DNA of 64,000 nucleotides, from NCBI GenBank assembly GCA_963782275.1, contig CAWAJA010000004.1:108746-172745 (forward strand), written 5' to 3'. Positions 20,648-29,687 of this stretch are shown one piece after another; positions within the stretch are counted from its first letter, which is position 1; each line of letters opens with the position of its first letter. Source of the stretch: an uncultured Acidobacteriaceae bacterium (GTDB lineage: Bacteria > Acidobacteriota > Terriglobia > Terriglobales > Acidobacteriaceae). The notes beneath the pieces are model-generated. The model worked only from the letters and a program-made list of their open reading frames with translations. It made no database searches and had not been told where the DNA came from. Made by a program: the position numbers and the translations under genes.

Positions 20648-21061
20648 CTACTTTCGCCGTACGCGTTTCTTGGCCGCCGCGCTCGCGGACTTTCCGCTCG
20701 CACGCCCGAACTTATGCTCAAAGGCTGTCATATCTGCCTTTTTGCCCATGAAGCGGACGCCCTCGGCTTCCAGGAGGAAACGCTGCTCCAACCCCAGTTC
20801 GCCCCGCAGCGAAATCCTGCCACCGGACCCCAGGACGCGCTGCCAGGGTAGTCCGTCGACCACTTTCAGAACTCGTGCCACATGGCGCGCGCAGCGAGGA
20901 TATCCCGCAGCTTGCGCGATCGCGCCATAGCTGCTGACTCGTCCTCGCGGTATCCGCCGGATGGCGTTGCTGATCGCCGTCGCCAACCCGGCGGCGCCGG
21001 ACACGCGACGCGTTTGCGGTCGGGCAGGAGGCGAAAGGTTGTGATTGCGTTCGGCGGTCAT
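20648..21061 (-). CDS. Alkyltransferase-like (ATL) protein, MGMT-family DNA-binding domain lacking the acceptor Cys
   Basis: SYGAIAQAAGYPRCARHVARVL...LPWQRVL. The position of the PCHRV cysteine is Trp (PWQRV), as in ATL proteins. The C-terminal tail is basic. Confidence 0.7.
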   Translation of the reverse strand: MTAERNHNLSPPARPQTRRVSGAAGLATAISNAIRRIPRGRVSSYGAIAQAAGYPRCARHVARVLKVVDGLPWQRVLGSGGRISLRGELGLEQRFLLEAEGVRFMGKKADMTAFEHKFGRASGKSASAAAKKRVRRK

Positions 21062-21083
21062 CGGTCACGTTTAAGATAGCACT

Positions 21084-21860
21084 ATGCCCGAAGCAGGTCG
21101 CGATCCCGCCGCGCGCTTCTCCGACCGCGCCGAAGACTACGTCAAGTATCGCCCGCATTACTCGCCCGAAGTCGTGCAAGCGTTGCAGGAAGCTTGTGGA
21201 CTGCGGCCCCAACACCTCGTTGCCGACATCGGCTGCGGCCCCGGGCTTCTCGCCGAGATCTTCCTCGACAACGGAAATCGTGTGATCGGCGTCGAGCCTA
21301 ATCGCCAGATGCGCCTCGCCGGTGAAGACTATCTTGCCGCCTATCCCGCCTTCAGCATGGTCGACGGCAGCGCTGAGGGCACAACCCTGCCCAACGCGAG
21401 CGTTGACTTTGTCGTCGCCGGTCAGGCCTTCCACTGGTTTCGGCCCGACGAGACTCGCATCGAGTTCGCGCGCATCCTGAAACCCAGAGGCTGGGCGGTC
21501 CTGGTGTGGCACGACCGCAACGTCGACTCAACCCCGTTCCTACGCGCTTATGAAGGCTTCGTGCGGCGCTATTCCACCGACTACGAACAGGTCACCCACA
21601 AGTACCTTGCCAGCTACGCTGCTCTGGAGCGCTTCTTTGCCCCCAACAAGATGAAGCTCATACAGCAACACAATCAGCAACGCCTGGACTTCGACGGCCT
21701 GCGGGGGCGGCTGCTGTCTTCTTCCTACATTCCCAAGTCCGGCGAACCCTACGAGGCGATGCTATGTGAACTCCCGCAAATGTTCTGTTCGCACGCCACG
21801 AATGCCCACGTCATCCTGCAATACGACACCAAGATCTACTTCGGGCACCTCGACCGATGA
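21084..21860 (+). CDS. Class I SAM-dependent methyltransferase
   Basis: 258 aa. Motif I is VADIGCGPGLL and the post-I motif is VIGVEPN. The fold is Methyltransf_11-like. Confidence 0.85.
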   Translation: MPEAGRDPAARFSDRAEDYVKYRPHYSPEVVQALQEACGLRPQHLVADIGCGPGLLAEIFLDNGNRVIGVEPNRQMRLAGEDYLAAYPAFSMVDGSAEGTTLPNASVDFVVAGQAFHWFRPDETRIEFARILKPRGWAVLVWHDRNVDSTPFLRAYEGFVRRYSTDYEQVTHKYLASYAALERFFAPNKMKLIQQHNQQRLDFDGLRGRLLSSSYIPKSGEPYEAMLCELPQMFCSHATNAHVILQYDTKIYFGHLDR

Positions 21861-22558
21861 GCGCCGCTCCCGACTCTGCGCCGGACGCCGTCGTTCTGCG
21901 CACCGAGCATCTGAGCCGGCGCGTGGGTGATGTCGCCATCGTGAATGACATTTCCCTCGATGTGCGCCACGGAGAACTGCTCGGCGTCGTCGGTGCCAGC
22001 GGCTCGGGCAAAAGCTCCTTCCTGCGACTGCTGAATCGCCTGGATGAGCCGACCAGCGGCACCGTCTTCCTCGAAGGCCAGGACTATCGCCAGCTTCCCC
22101 CGCGAGAGTTACGCCGCCGCGTCGGCATGGTCACGCAGCGCCCATTCCTGTTTCCCGGCAACGTGGCGTCCAACCTGCGATTCGGGCCGTTGCAGCGCGG
22201 CGAGACGTTGTCGGACAGCGAAGTTTCCGAACTGCTGGAGCGTGTCGGCTTGCCCGGATTCAGTGCTCGCGACGTCATCAATCTTTCCGGTGGTGAGCAG
22301 CAACGGGTTTCTCTCTCTCGCGCCCTGGCCAACCGCCCGGAAGTCTTGCTGTTGGATGAACCAACCTCCGCGCTCGACGAAGACGCGAAGCTGGGCATCG
22401 AGCAACTCATCTGCAATCTCGTTCGGCAACATTCGCTGACCTGTGTCCTCGTCACCCATGACCGCGACCAGGCGCGCCGCATGTGCGACCACGTCGCGAT
22501 CCTGGAAGCCGGACGCCTCATACACACTGGAGTTCCCACCGAGGTGCTGCGTGCTTAA
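21857..22558 (+). CDS. ABC transporter ATP-binding protein (FetA/YbbL-like)
   Basis: 233 aa. Walker A is GASGSGKSS, the signature is LSGGEQQR, and Walker B is LLLDEPTSALD. It is translationally coupled to the FetB-like permease. Confidence 0.85.
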   Translation: MSAAPDSAPDAVVLRTEHLSRRVGDVAIVNDISLDVRHGELLGVVGASGSGKSSFLRLLNRLDEPTSGTVFLEGQDYRQLPPRELRRRVGMVTQRPFLFPGNVASNLRFGPLQRGETLSDSEVSELLERVGLPGFSARDVINLSGGEQQRVSLSRALANRPEVLLLDEPTSALDEDAKLGIEQLICNLVRQHSLTCVLVTHDRDQARRMCDHVAILEAGRLIHTGVPTEVLRA

Positions 22559-23339
22559 GTCGCTCTTCCACTCTCAGATTTCGCTTGGCTTTGCCCAAGC
22601 CGCCATCGCTGCTGCGCTCGCGCTGTTGGTGATCCTGCTGGCGCGCCGCCGCAACATCCATCTCGAAAGCGATACCGCGGTGGCGTTGTTGCGTGGCATC
22701 GTGCAGATCGTCGCCGTCGGCTCCATCCTGATGCTGTTGCTGAAGGGCCCGCGCTGGACCAGCGTTCTCCTCCTCACTGGCATGATCATCGCCGCCGGCT
22801 CCATCTCCGCCCGGCGCGCCAAAAACATTCCCGGCGCGAGGAAGGTCTCGACTTACTCCATCGCCGCCGGCGCCGGGCTGGTGACGGCGATCATGACCTG
22901 GGCTGGCGTCATCGACACCGCCATCACCACGCTCATCCCTGTGGGCAGTATGATCATCGCCAACGCCATGAACACCAACGGGCTGGCGCTGAACCGCTTC
23001 CGCTCCGAGGTCCTGTCGCATGTCGGCGAGATCGAAACCGCCCTCGCTCTTGGCGCGGCGCCGCCAGAAACCGTGGCACGCTATGCCGAATCCAGCATCC
23101 ACGCCTCGCTGATCCCCGCCATCGACAACCTGCGCTCGCTCGGCATCGTCTGGATCCCCGGTCTCATGACCGGCATGCTGCTCTCCGGCGCGAGCCCGCT
23201 CTACGCCGCCATCTATCAGTTTGTGGTGATTGCCATGATCCTGGCTTCGTCAGGTCTTACTTCCCTACTGAGCACCATGATGATCCGCAACCATGCCTTC
23301 TCGCCGGCAGACCAGTTGGTGCTGAGGGGCGACGCCTAG
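22551..23339 (+). CDS. FetB/YbbM (UPF0014) family ABC permease
   Basis: A GTG at 22551 overlaps the upstream stop. The sequence ...ETALALGAAP...IPAIDNLRSLGIVWIPGLMTGMLLSGASPLYAAIYQ is the family hallmark. Confidence 0.8.
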   Translation: MLKSLFHSQISLGFAQAAIAAALALLVILLARRRNIHLESDTAVALLRGIVQIVAVGSILMLLLKGPRWTSVLLLTGMIIAAGSISARRAKNIPGARKVSTYSIAAGAGLVTAIMTWAGVIDTAITTLIPVGSMIIANAMNTNGLALNRFRSEVLSHVGEIETALALGAAPPETVARYAESSIHASLIPAIDNLRSLGIVWIPGLMTGMLLSGASPLYAAIYQFVVIAMILASSGLTSLLSTMMIRNHAFSPADQLVLRGDA

Positions 23340-23404
23340 GCACGGCGTGGGGAGCAGAGTACAGTGCATTTACATCCGGCCCCACAGAAGAAACGCCGCG
23401 AGCC

Positions 23405-23443
23405 GTAAAAGCGTTACAGGATTTCGTGTAAAGATTTGTAAAG
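23405..23443. promoter_or_regulatory. Second cluster of GTAAA(G) boxes (GTAAAA-N17-GTAAAG-N4-GTAAAG) in an orphan convergent gap
   Basis: GTAAAGatttGTAAAG at 23428-23443 is an exact GTAAA-N5-GTAAA. A third, weaker box lies at 23405. It has the same hexamer and phasing as the repeats at 11139-11165. Confidence 0.3.
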
Positions 23444-23694
23444 GACTCCCAATATGGGAAACACCACGCCAAACGTCGCTGACGCTATGGCTTTGCGGCT
23501 TCGAAAATGCTGTAAACTGTTGGAAGTAAATGGCCAGCGCACAATTCCCGAGTTTTCGTACTTCCTTGTCACCGCGGCAGAGCGCCCCACTCATTCGCGC
23601 CGCCTTCGAATGCGCAGAAGTAAATAAGGATTACAGTGGAATCGATGGATACAACCTCCCACTCAACAAAGGAAGGTTGGGGGCTACCCGGCGC

Positions 23695-25269
23695 TCATGC
23701 TGAGAGATAAACCCCTTCAGCCTGCTTTCCAAGATCGAGATGTATCTGCGAACGTCGCCCGGGCGCCAGTCGGCGATAGAAGACCTCCCGGTACAAGGCG
23801 TGCGCAAACTCATAGCACTGGGAAATGCTTCCGTCGGGAAACTGACGCGATCCCGTCCGCCGCACCATGTGTTGTCGGCGCGATAGGTCTTCGCAGGTGT
23901 TTTCAAAGTTCTCCTGATCCACGCTCGTGCCGAGTGCGTTTGCGTTCGCCGTAAACGACATGCCGGTTACGCTGGCCACTTCCAGCACACGCTGCTCGTC
24001 AGCGCTCAGCTTCTCAATCTGGAGTTCGATCATTTCCCGCAAGGTCTCGCATGCTTCCAGATGAATGCTCTCCAGGGGCACCTTGATTTGCCACGATCCG
24101 TTCTCGATGGCGATCAAACCCCGGTCTCGCAGGTGATCCAAGGCGGAGACCATGAATAACGGATTGCCTTCACTATGCCGATAGATCAGTCCAGCTAAAC
24201 CCTCGGGCACGGCTACACCCGGCGCCTCGATCGCCAGATACTCGCCCACTTCGGATTCCGTCAGCGGTTCCAGTGCGATTTCTCGACAGAGTTGATGCAC
24301 AAGCAGGTCCTGCTTCACGGTCCTCAATGGATGCTGTGCCAGTGCTACCTCCACCGGGCGGTACGTGGCAATCAGCATCAGCTTGCCTGCTCCGCGACGG
24401 CGAGCCAGAGCCGAGATGAGGTCCAGTGTCCGGGGATCTGTCCAATGTAGATCCTCAAACACCAATAGCAACGGCTGGTCTGAACTGATCGTCTCCAGTG
24501 CATCGCAGATTTCGCGAAGCATACGCTCGCGCGAGGCGCCCACTATTTCCCGTTGCAGCATCGCGCGTTGTTCACGCCTGACATGAGCGGGAAACTGCAC
24601 CAGCCATGTGGGCGCCCGCGCAGCGAGTGTTCGCACCAGGGTGTCTCCTGCGGAGGTGCCACACAGCTGACCCAGGGCTTCGAGCATCGGGTAGTAGGCT
24701 TCTTTGCTTCCATGGCCTTCAACGCATTGCCCGCGAGCAATACGAATGCCGGGAAACTCTGCAGCAGCCCGGCGTACAAACTCGTCCACGAGGGTAGTTT
24801 TCCCAATGCCCGTCTCCCCGGTGACGAAGACAACTTGGCGTTGGTTCGCCAGGGTCCTCTGCAGACAATCGCGTAGCATATTCAATTGCGTGTTCCTACC
24901 AACGATTCTTGATGAGAGGAATTCGACCGCGAAATCCGCCGGGGCAGACGCTTCCCCTACGGCAGCAATAAACTGATATCCCCGCCTCGGAAGCGTCGCA
25001 ATGAAACGAGGACTTTTCGAATCGTCCCCGAGGGCATGGCGGATATCGCGGATATGGCTCTTCAGGACTTCGGGCTGCACGAACGTATCCGGCCACAACA
25101 CATCAAGGAGTTCGTCATGCGTGACCAGCCTGCCGGGGTGGTCGACCAAGTAACGCAACACGGCAAATGCCTTGGGCGTCAGTAAGATGCGCTCGTCGTC
25201 ACCCGAGTCCTGACGATACCAGAGACACTGGTTGACGGTGTCGAGCCGGTATGGAGGAAACTCTCTCAT
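23695..25269 (-). CDS. OmpR/PhoB-type winged-helix DNA-binding domain fused to an AAA (AAA_16/STAND-like) ATPase
   Basis: YRLDTVNQCLWYR...LTPKAFAVLRYLV...LPRRGYQFI is a trans_reg_C wHTH. It is followed by Walker A GETGIGKTT and Walker B LLLVFEDLHWTD. The start is uncertain (ATGs at 25269, 25296 and 25326). No TPR or sensor region follows. Confidence 0.8.
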   Translation of the reverse strand: MREFPPYRLDTVNQCLWYRQDSGDDERILLTPKAFAVLRYLVDHPGRLVTHDELLDVLWPDTFVQPEVLKSHIRDIRHALGDDSKSPRFIATLPRRGYQFIAAVGEASAPADFAVEFLSSRIVGRNTQLNMLRDCLQRTLANQRQVVFVTGETGIGKTTLVDEFVRRAAAEFPGIRIARGQCVEGHGSKEAYYPMLEALGQLCGTSAGDTLVRTLAARAPTWLVQFPAHVRREQRAMLQREIVGASRERMLREICDALETISSDQPLLLVFEDLHWTDPRTLDLISALARRRGAGKLMLIATYRPVEVALAQHPLRTVKQDLLVHQLCREIALEPLTESEVGEYLAIEAPGVAVPEGLAGLIYRHSEGNPLFMVSALDHLRDRGLIAIENGSWQIKVPLESIHLEACETLREMIELQIEKLSADEQRVLEVASVTGMSFTANANALGTSVDQENFENTCEDLSRRQHMVRRTGSRQFPDGSISQCYEFAHALYREVFYRRLAPGRRSQIHLDLGKQAEGVYLSA

Positions 25270-25580
25270 GCCTGTCCTGACAGGCTGTTCGCGCATACAG
25301 GGCCTTTGTAATATCGGAGAGTCCATTGCCAAGCATGAGCGCGGGGAGGCGTCAAGGCTAAACTGACCCCTCATGTTGTGTTCTGACGCGAAGTTCGCCT
25401 TCTTGTCCATTTTTCTTCCTCTTTGTTTGGCCAGTGCACTTTTGCTTGGCCAGTGCACTGGAACAAGCTCCGGCGAGGCGGAACTTGCGAACTAGCGCTA
25501 CCCTAGGACAAGTGCCGAAGCTTGGGAATGTTCGAAACAGTTTAGGCAGGATTCTTCCGTTGCAGGCGGCCAGGGGGTAA

Positions 25581-25677
25581 CCCGTTAAGCGCACGTTCAG
25601 ACCCCTGCGACCCCCGTAAATGCCTGCTTCTCTGTGAGTTATTGGCAATACGAAAGTGCCCGTTAAGGCACGTTAAG
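25581..25677. promoter_or_regulatory. Two copies of CCCGTTAAG(C)GCACGTT, each built from CGTTAAG/CGTTCAG half-sites 10-11 bp apart; candidate operator
   Basis: Copy 1 at 25581-25599 is cccgttaagcgcacgttca. Copy 2 at 25659-25677 is cccgttaaggcacgttaag. Both lie in the divergent spacer between the wHTH-AAA regulator and the PD40 gene. Confidence 0.4.
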
Positions 25678-25695
25678 CGGTACTATATTAGGAAG

Positions 25696-27891
25696 ATGTC
25701 GACTGCGGATCAATCCGAGAGAGCGGACAAACTCAGCGTTCAGCAGGCTGAGTTGGTTCGCCGCGCGCTCGAACAGATCCTATCGAGCAGCTCGTTCGTG
25801 GCAAGCAAGCGCTGTCAGGACTTTCTCCGGCTAGTGGTGGAGCATGCGTTGGCTGGTGATCTTGATGCTCTGCGCGAGCGCATGATAGGGATGAAGATGT
25901 TCGGCCGCCCGGTTGACTATGACACCTCAAACGATGCTGTCGTCAGGGTGAGAGCGACAGAAGTTCGAAAAAGGCTCGCTCAGTATTACTCCGAGAATGG
26001 GGAACGTCCGGCCGTCCGCATTGAACTTCCGACCGGATCCTATGTTCCGGAGTTTCGTTGGCAATCTCCGGAAAACCTCCAGAGCACCGTTATAGCAGCC
26101 GTCGCTGAAGAAGAGCCTGCTTCCCGATCCCGGCATATTCATCGGACAGTCGTACTAGCGGGCAGCATTGCTCTAATTTGCGCGCTGGCGGCCGGTTTTT
26201 GGTTCTTGCGCGGCCGAAAGCCTCAGGCGATCAGTCCTGTGCAGTTGTCGCTTGGTCTGCCACAGGGCGCGGCATTACATCGGAACTGGCACCCTTTCGA
26301 ACACCTAGCTCTTTCCCCGGATGGACGGATGCTGGCTTTCGCGGCCACAGATTCGTCGGGGGCGAGCTCGCTGTGGGTGAGGCTGTTAAGTTCGTCCGAA
26401 GCGAAGCGGCTTGATCAAACGGACGGCGCACTCTTGCCTTTCTGGTCGCCGGATTCCCAGTTCATCGGTTTCTGGGCCAATGGCAAATTGAAGAAAATTC
26501 CAGCATCGGGAGGGGTTCCCGACGTGATCTACAGCGTTCAGGAGATCGCACAAGGCGCCTGGGGACCCGATGGAACAGTTCTATTTGCGCGCGCTGTAAA
26601 CAGTCCGATCTTCCGCATTGCTCCCAATGGAGAGAGCGCCGCTCCGGTGACCTCACTGCTTCCCGGGCAGGTCAGTCAAATGTGGGTCCAGTTTCTGCCG
26701 GATGGTAAGCATTTCATGTACCTGGCACGTACAACTCTCACGAGTAGCGACCCCGGCGCGAGAATCTATGCACAGGCGCTGGATGGGGGATCTCCGATTC
26801 TGCTGCTGCCGAGCGAGAGCCGGGCAGTCGCCGTGCCTGACTATCTGCTATTTGCGCAGGACCAGAGTCTTTTCGCACAACGCATGGACTGGAAAACGTT
26901 GCGCAAGATCGATGCACCAAAGATGCTCGCCCGGAACGTCGCAGCTTCGCCGGCCTATCTGGGCACTTCCGAATTCACTGCTTCGCAGAACGGAGTCCTC
27001 ATTTATGGCGCCGGAGAAGGCTCATCCTTCGATCAACTGAATTGGTACGGACGCGACGGCACCATCATTGGTACCCTCGAACCGGTCGTCGATTATCAAC
27101 AGTTCACGCTTTCACCGGATGGAAAGTATTTAGCTCTGAACTCGTTCCGCCAGCACGCCACCGGCAGCCTCTGGCTGGTGGATGTGGCGACCAACACGAC
27201 GACTCCTCTTACGACCGATCCGCATGCGCAATCCGACCCCGTATGGTCGCCCGACTCACGCTATGTTGCCTTCAATCTTCTTCCTAACGGTGGATCCGAT
27301 CCTCCATTCCTGGTGCAGAAGATTGAAATTGGAACACAGCAGCCACAACAGATCTATGGTGACAATGAAAAGCACTGGGTCGAAGAGTGGTCCCCGGATG
27401 GCCGATTTCTGCTTACGCACGATACGAAAACTTTTTCGATAATACCCTTGGCGGGGGAAATCAAACCCAAACCCATTTACTCCACAAGCTTCTTGAAAGA
27501 TGAATTCCACCTTTCTCCGGATGGGCAGCTAATCGCTTACGGCGAGAATCGCACCGGGAGATGGGAGGTTTTTGTGGCGCCGTTTCCTTCGTTTAACAAC
27601 ATCAAGCAGGTCTCCACCGCAGGCGGTGCCCAACCTCGTTGGCGCGGCGACGGTCGAGAACTCTTCTTTCTCGACCTCGAAGGAAACATGATGTCGGCCA
27701 GCGTGGAACGTGATTCGCTAACCAGAATTGGAACTCCAAGGAAGCTATTCGGAACCCGCCTGCGACCCGATCCGACCGTGAATCAGTATGCAGTTACCGC
27801 TGACGGACGCAAATTCCTGCTGCTGGAGCCGCAGAAGGATTACCTCGAGACCTACTCTGTGGTCCTAAACTGGCCCGAAGCTTTGAAGTAG
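25696..27891 (+). CDS. Membrane-anchored TolB-like PD40 beta-propeller protein with a cytoplasmic N-terminal helical domain
   Basis: The ATG at 25696 is preceded by AGGAAG. The cytoplasmic region of about 130 aa (SSSFVASKRCQDFLRLVV...VRVRATEVRKRLAQYY...LPTGSYVPEF) is followed by one TM helix (VVLAGSIALICALAAGFWFL). After that come repeated PD40 motifs (SPDGR, WSPDS, LPDGKH, SPDGKY, WSPDGR, SPDGQ). Confidence 0.8.
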   Translation: MSTADQSERADKLSVQQAELVRRALEQILSSSSFVASKRCQDFLRLVVEHALAGDLDALRERMIGMKMFGRPVDYDTSNDAVVRVRATEVRKRLAQYYSENGERPAVRIELPTGSYVPEFRWQSPENLQSTVIAAVAEEEPASRSRHIHRTVVLAGSIALICALAAGFWFLRGRKPQAISPVQLSLGLPQGAALHRNWHPFEHLALSPDGRMLAFAATDSSGASSLWVRLLSSSEAKRLDQTDGALLPFWSPDSQFIGFWANGKLKKIPASGGVPDVIYSVQEIAQGAWGPDGTVLFARAVNSPIFRIAPNGESAAPVTSLLPGQVSQMWVQFLPDGKHFMYLARTTLTSSDPGARIYAQALDGGSPILLLPSESRAVAVPDYLLFAQDQSLFAQRMDWKTLRKIDAPKMLARNVAASPAYLGTSEFTASQNGVLIYGAGEGSSFDQLNWYGRDGTIIGTLEPVVDYQQFTLSPDGKYLALNSFRQHATGSLWLVDVATNTTTPLTTDPHAQSDPVWSPDSRYVAFNLLPNGGSDPPFLVQKIEIGTQQPQQIYGDNEKHWVEEWSPDGRFLLTHDTKTFSIIPLAGEIKPKPIYSTSFLKDEFHLSPDGQLIAYGENRTGRWEVFVAPFPSFNNIKQVSTAGGAQPRWRGDGRELFFLDLEGNMMSASVERDSLTRIGTPRKLFGTRLRPDPTVNQYAVTADGRKFLLLEPQKDYLETYSVVLNWPEALK

Positions 27892-27929
27892 ACGAAATTA
27901 CTACCGCACGAAACTCTTGTGACTGCTTC

Positions 27930-29654
27930 CTACGTATCCAGCGTGTATCGCGTGGACGCCAGACGGTACATGCGCCGCCAGACCAGGCGGTTGATAGTCA
28001 CGACAACGATAGACATGACGATGGTCGAGGCCAGCAGCAGGTCGAAATTGCCGGAGTCGGTGGCGCGTGAGATGGTCGCGCCCAGACCGACCGTGGTGTA
28101 GGTCTGGTCTTTCAGATGCTGATATTCGGCGACGATGCTGGCGTTCCACGCGCCGCCGGAAGCCGTGACCAGTCCGGTGACGAGATAAGGAAAGATGCCC
28201 GGCAGAATTAGTTTGCGCCAGCGTTCTCCGCGGGTGAACTTGCATATCGTCGAGGCTTCTTTCAGGTCGGTGGGAATTGCCATGGCGCCGGCGATCACGT
28301 TGAACAGGATGTACCACTGCGTTCCCAGCAGCAGAAGCACGATGGAACCGAGCCCCAAGCCGCCGCCAATGCGGATCAGCGCCAGCAGCACGATGGGAAA
28401 CAGTGCGGTTGCCGGAACCGAAGCCGCGATCTGCGCCAGCGGCTGCGCGATGCGCGCCAGCTTGGGATTGAATCCAATGGCAACACCTACCGGAATTGTC
28501 CAGGCCGCGCCGATGGTCAGAGCCGCGAGGACTCGGAGAAACGTGGCGCCGGCGCCGGTCAGCAGCTCGCCATACTCCGTGCCGCTCAAGCCGGTGAGCA
28601 TCGCGATGGCTCGCGTGACCGCGTACAGAACGGCGAGTACGGCAATGGCGGCAATCGCGCGGCCAGTCCAGACTTTCCAGGGAGCTGGGGGCTTCTCCTC
28701 ATCGACGCCGTGATAAAGGCGGGCGAAGTGCAGTGCCAGCCGTTCCTGCAAAGGTCTGACTGTTTTCTTGCGCAACCTCCGCAATCCACGAGAGGCTTCC
28801 ATGACGTTTAGGAACCACGAACTCGGCGCGTCGGTGCTTTCCACCTGCTCCATCTTGAATTTTTCCGCCCATGCGATGACAGGACGCCAAACGATTTGGT
28901 CGAGCAGCACGATGACTGCGATCATGGTTCCGACGCCCCACAGAATCGCTTCCGTGTCGCCCGCGCTGGCGGCGGTTTGCAGGTACGAACCCAGTCCCGG
29001 CAGACGAAAATCGCGGTCGCCGAGAACGAACATCTCGCAAGCCATCAGGAAAAACCAGCCGCCCGCAACCGACATCATGGAGTTCCACACCAGCCCGATC
29101 GCAGCGTACGGCAACTCGAATTGCGTGAATCGCTGGTACCAGTTGAAGCGGTAAATCTTGCCGGCCTCGCGCATGTCACGCGGAATGCTCTTCAGCGAGG
29201 AGTAGAAGCTGAAGGCCATGTTCCAGACCTGGCCGGTGAAGATGAGCAGGATGGCGCCCATCTCCACGCCGATCTGGTGATTGGGGAACAGCGCCACCAT
29301 CGCCAGCATCACGCCGGGCAGAAAGCTGAGCACCGGAATCGACTGCAGGATGTCGAGCAGCGGAATCATGATGCGCTCGGCGCGCGGATTGTACGCGGCA
29401 ACGTAGCCGTAAACCAGCGTGAAGCCGAGCGAGAGAATGTAAGCGACAGAGATCCGCAACAGCGAATACGCCGCGTAAACGGGAAGCTTCGTGGGATCGC
29501 GCGAGATCTCGACGTGAGGATTGAACGGGCCAAACCAGGTGCGCGCCAGAACCAGCACCGCGTAGAAGAGCGACAGGCCGGCGGCAAAGATGACGAAGTC
29601 AGTTAAGAACCGACCAGGTTTGCGCGGGTAGCAGCGACCACGGCCCCTTGCCAA
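27930..29654 (-). CDS. ABC transporter permease, duplicated NitT/TauT-type (BPD_transp_1) domains
   Basis: 574-aa polytopic protein with two permease halves, each with an EAA-like loop (...REAGKIYRF... and ...LKEASTICKF...). Confidence 0.85.
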   Translation of the reverse strand: MARGRGRCYPRKPGRFLTDFVIFAAGLSLFYAVLVLARTWFGPFNPHVEISRDPTKLPVYAAYSLLRISVAYILSLGFTLVYGYVAAYNPRAERIMIPLLDILQSIPVLSFLPGVMLAMVALFPNHQIGVEMGAILLIFTGQVWNMAFSFYSSLKSIPRDMREAGKIYRFNWYQRFTQFELPYAAIGLVWNSMMSVAGGWFFLMACEMFVLGDRDFRLPGLGSYLQTAASAGDTEAILWGVGTMIAVIVLLDQIVWRPVIAWAEKFKMEQVESTDAPSSWFLNVMEASRGLRRLRKKTVRPLQERLALHFARLYHGVDEEKPPAPWKVWTGRAIAAIAVLAVLYAVTRAIAMLTGLSGTEYGELLTGAGATFLRVLAALTIGAAWTIPVGVAIGFNPKLARIAQPLAQIAASVPATALFPIVLLALIRIGGGLGLGSIVLLLLGTQWYILFNVIAGAMAIPTDLKEASTICKFTRGERWRKLILPGIFPYLVTGLVTASGGAWNASIVAEYQHLKDQTYTTVGLGATISRATDSGNFDLLLASTIVMSIVVVTINRLVWRRMYRLASTRYTLDT

Positions 29655-29687
29655 GAATGCGGATGGGTTGCCAGGTGCCGCGGGCCA

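Noticed and set aside
23370-23906. Possible C-terminal continuation (TPR/sensor region) of the wHTH-AAA regulator hidden by a frameshift after 23695.
   Set aside because: None of the three minus-strand frames downstream of the stop gives TPR-like or otherwise recognisable sequence. Only about 350 nt are available before the next gene. The regulator is either naturally short or truncated by deletion, and I cannot tell which.
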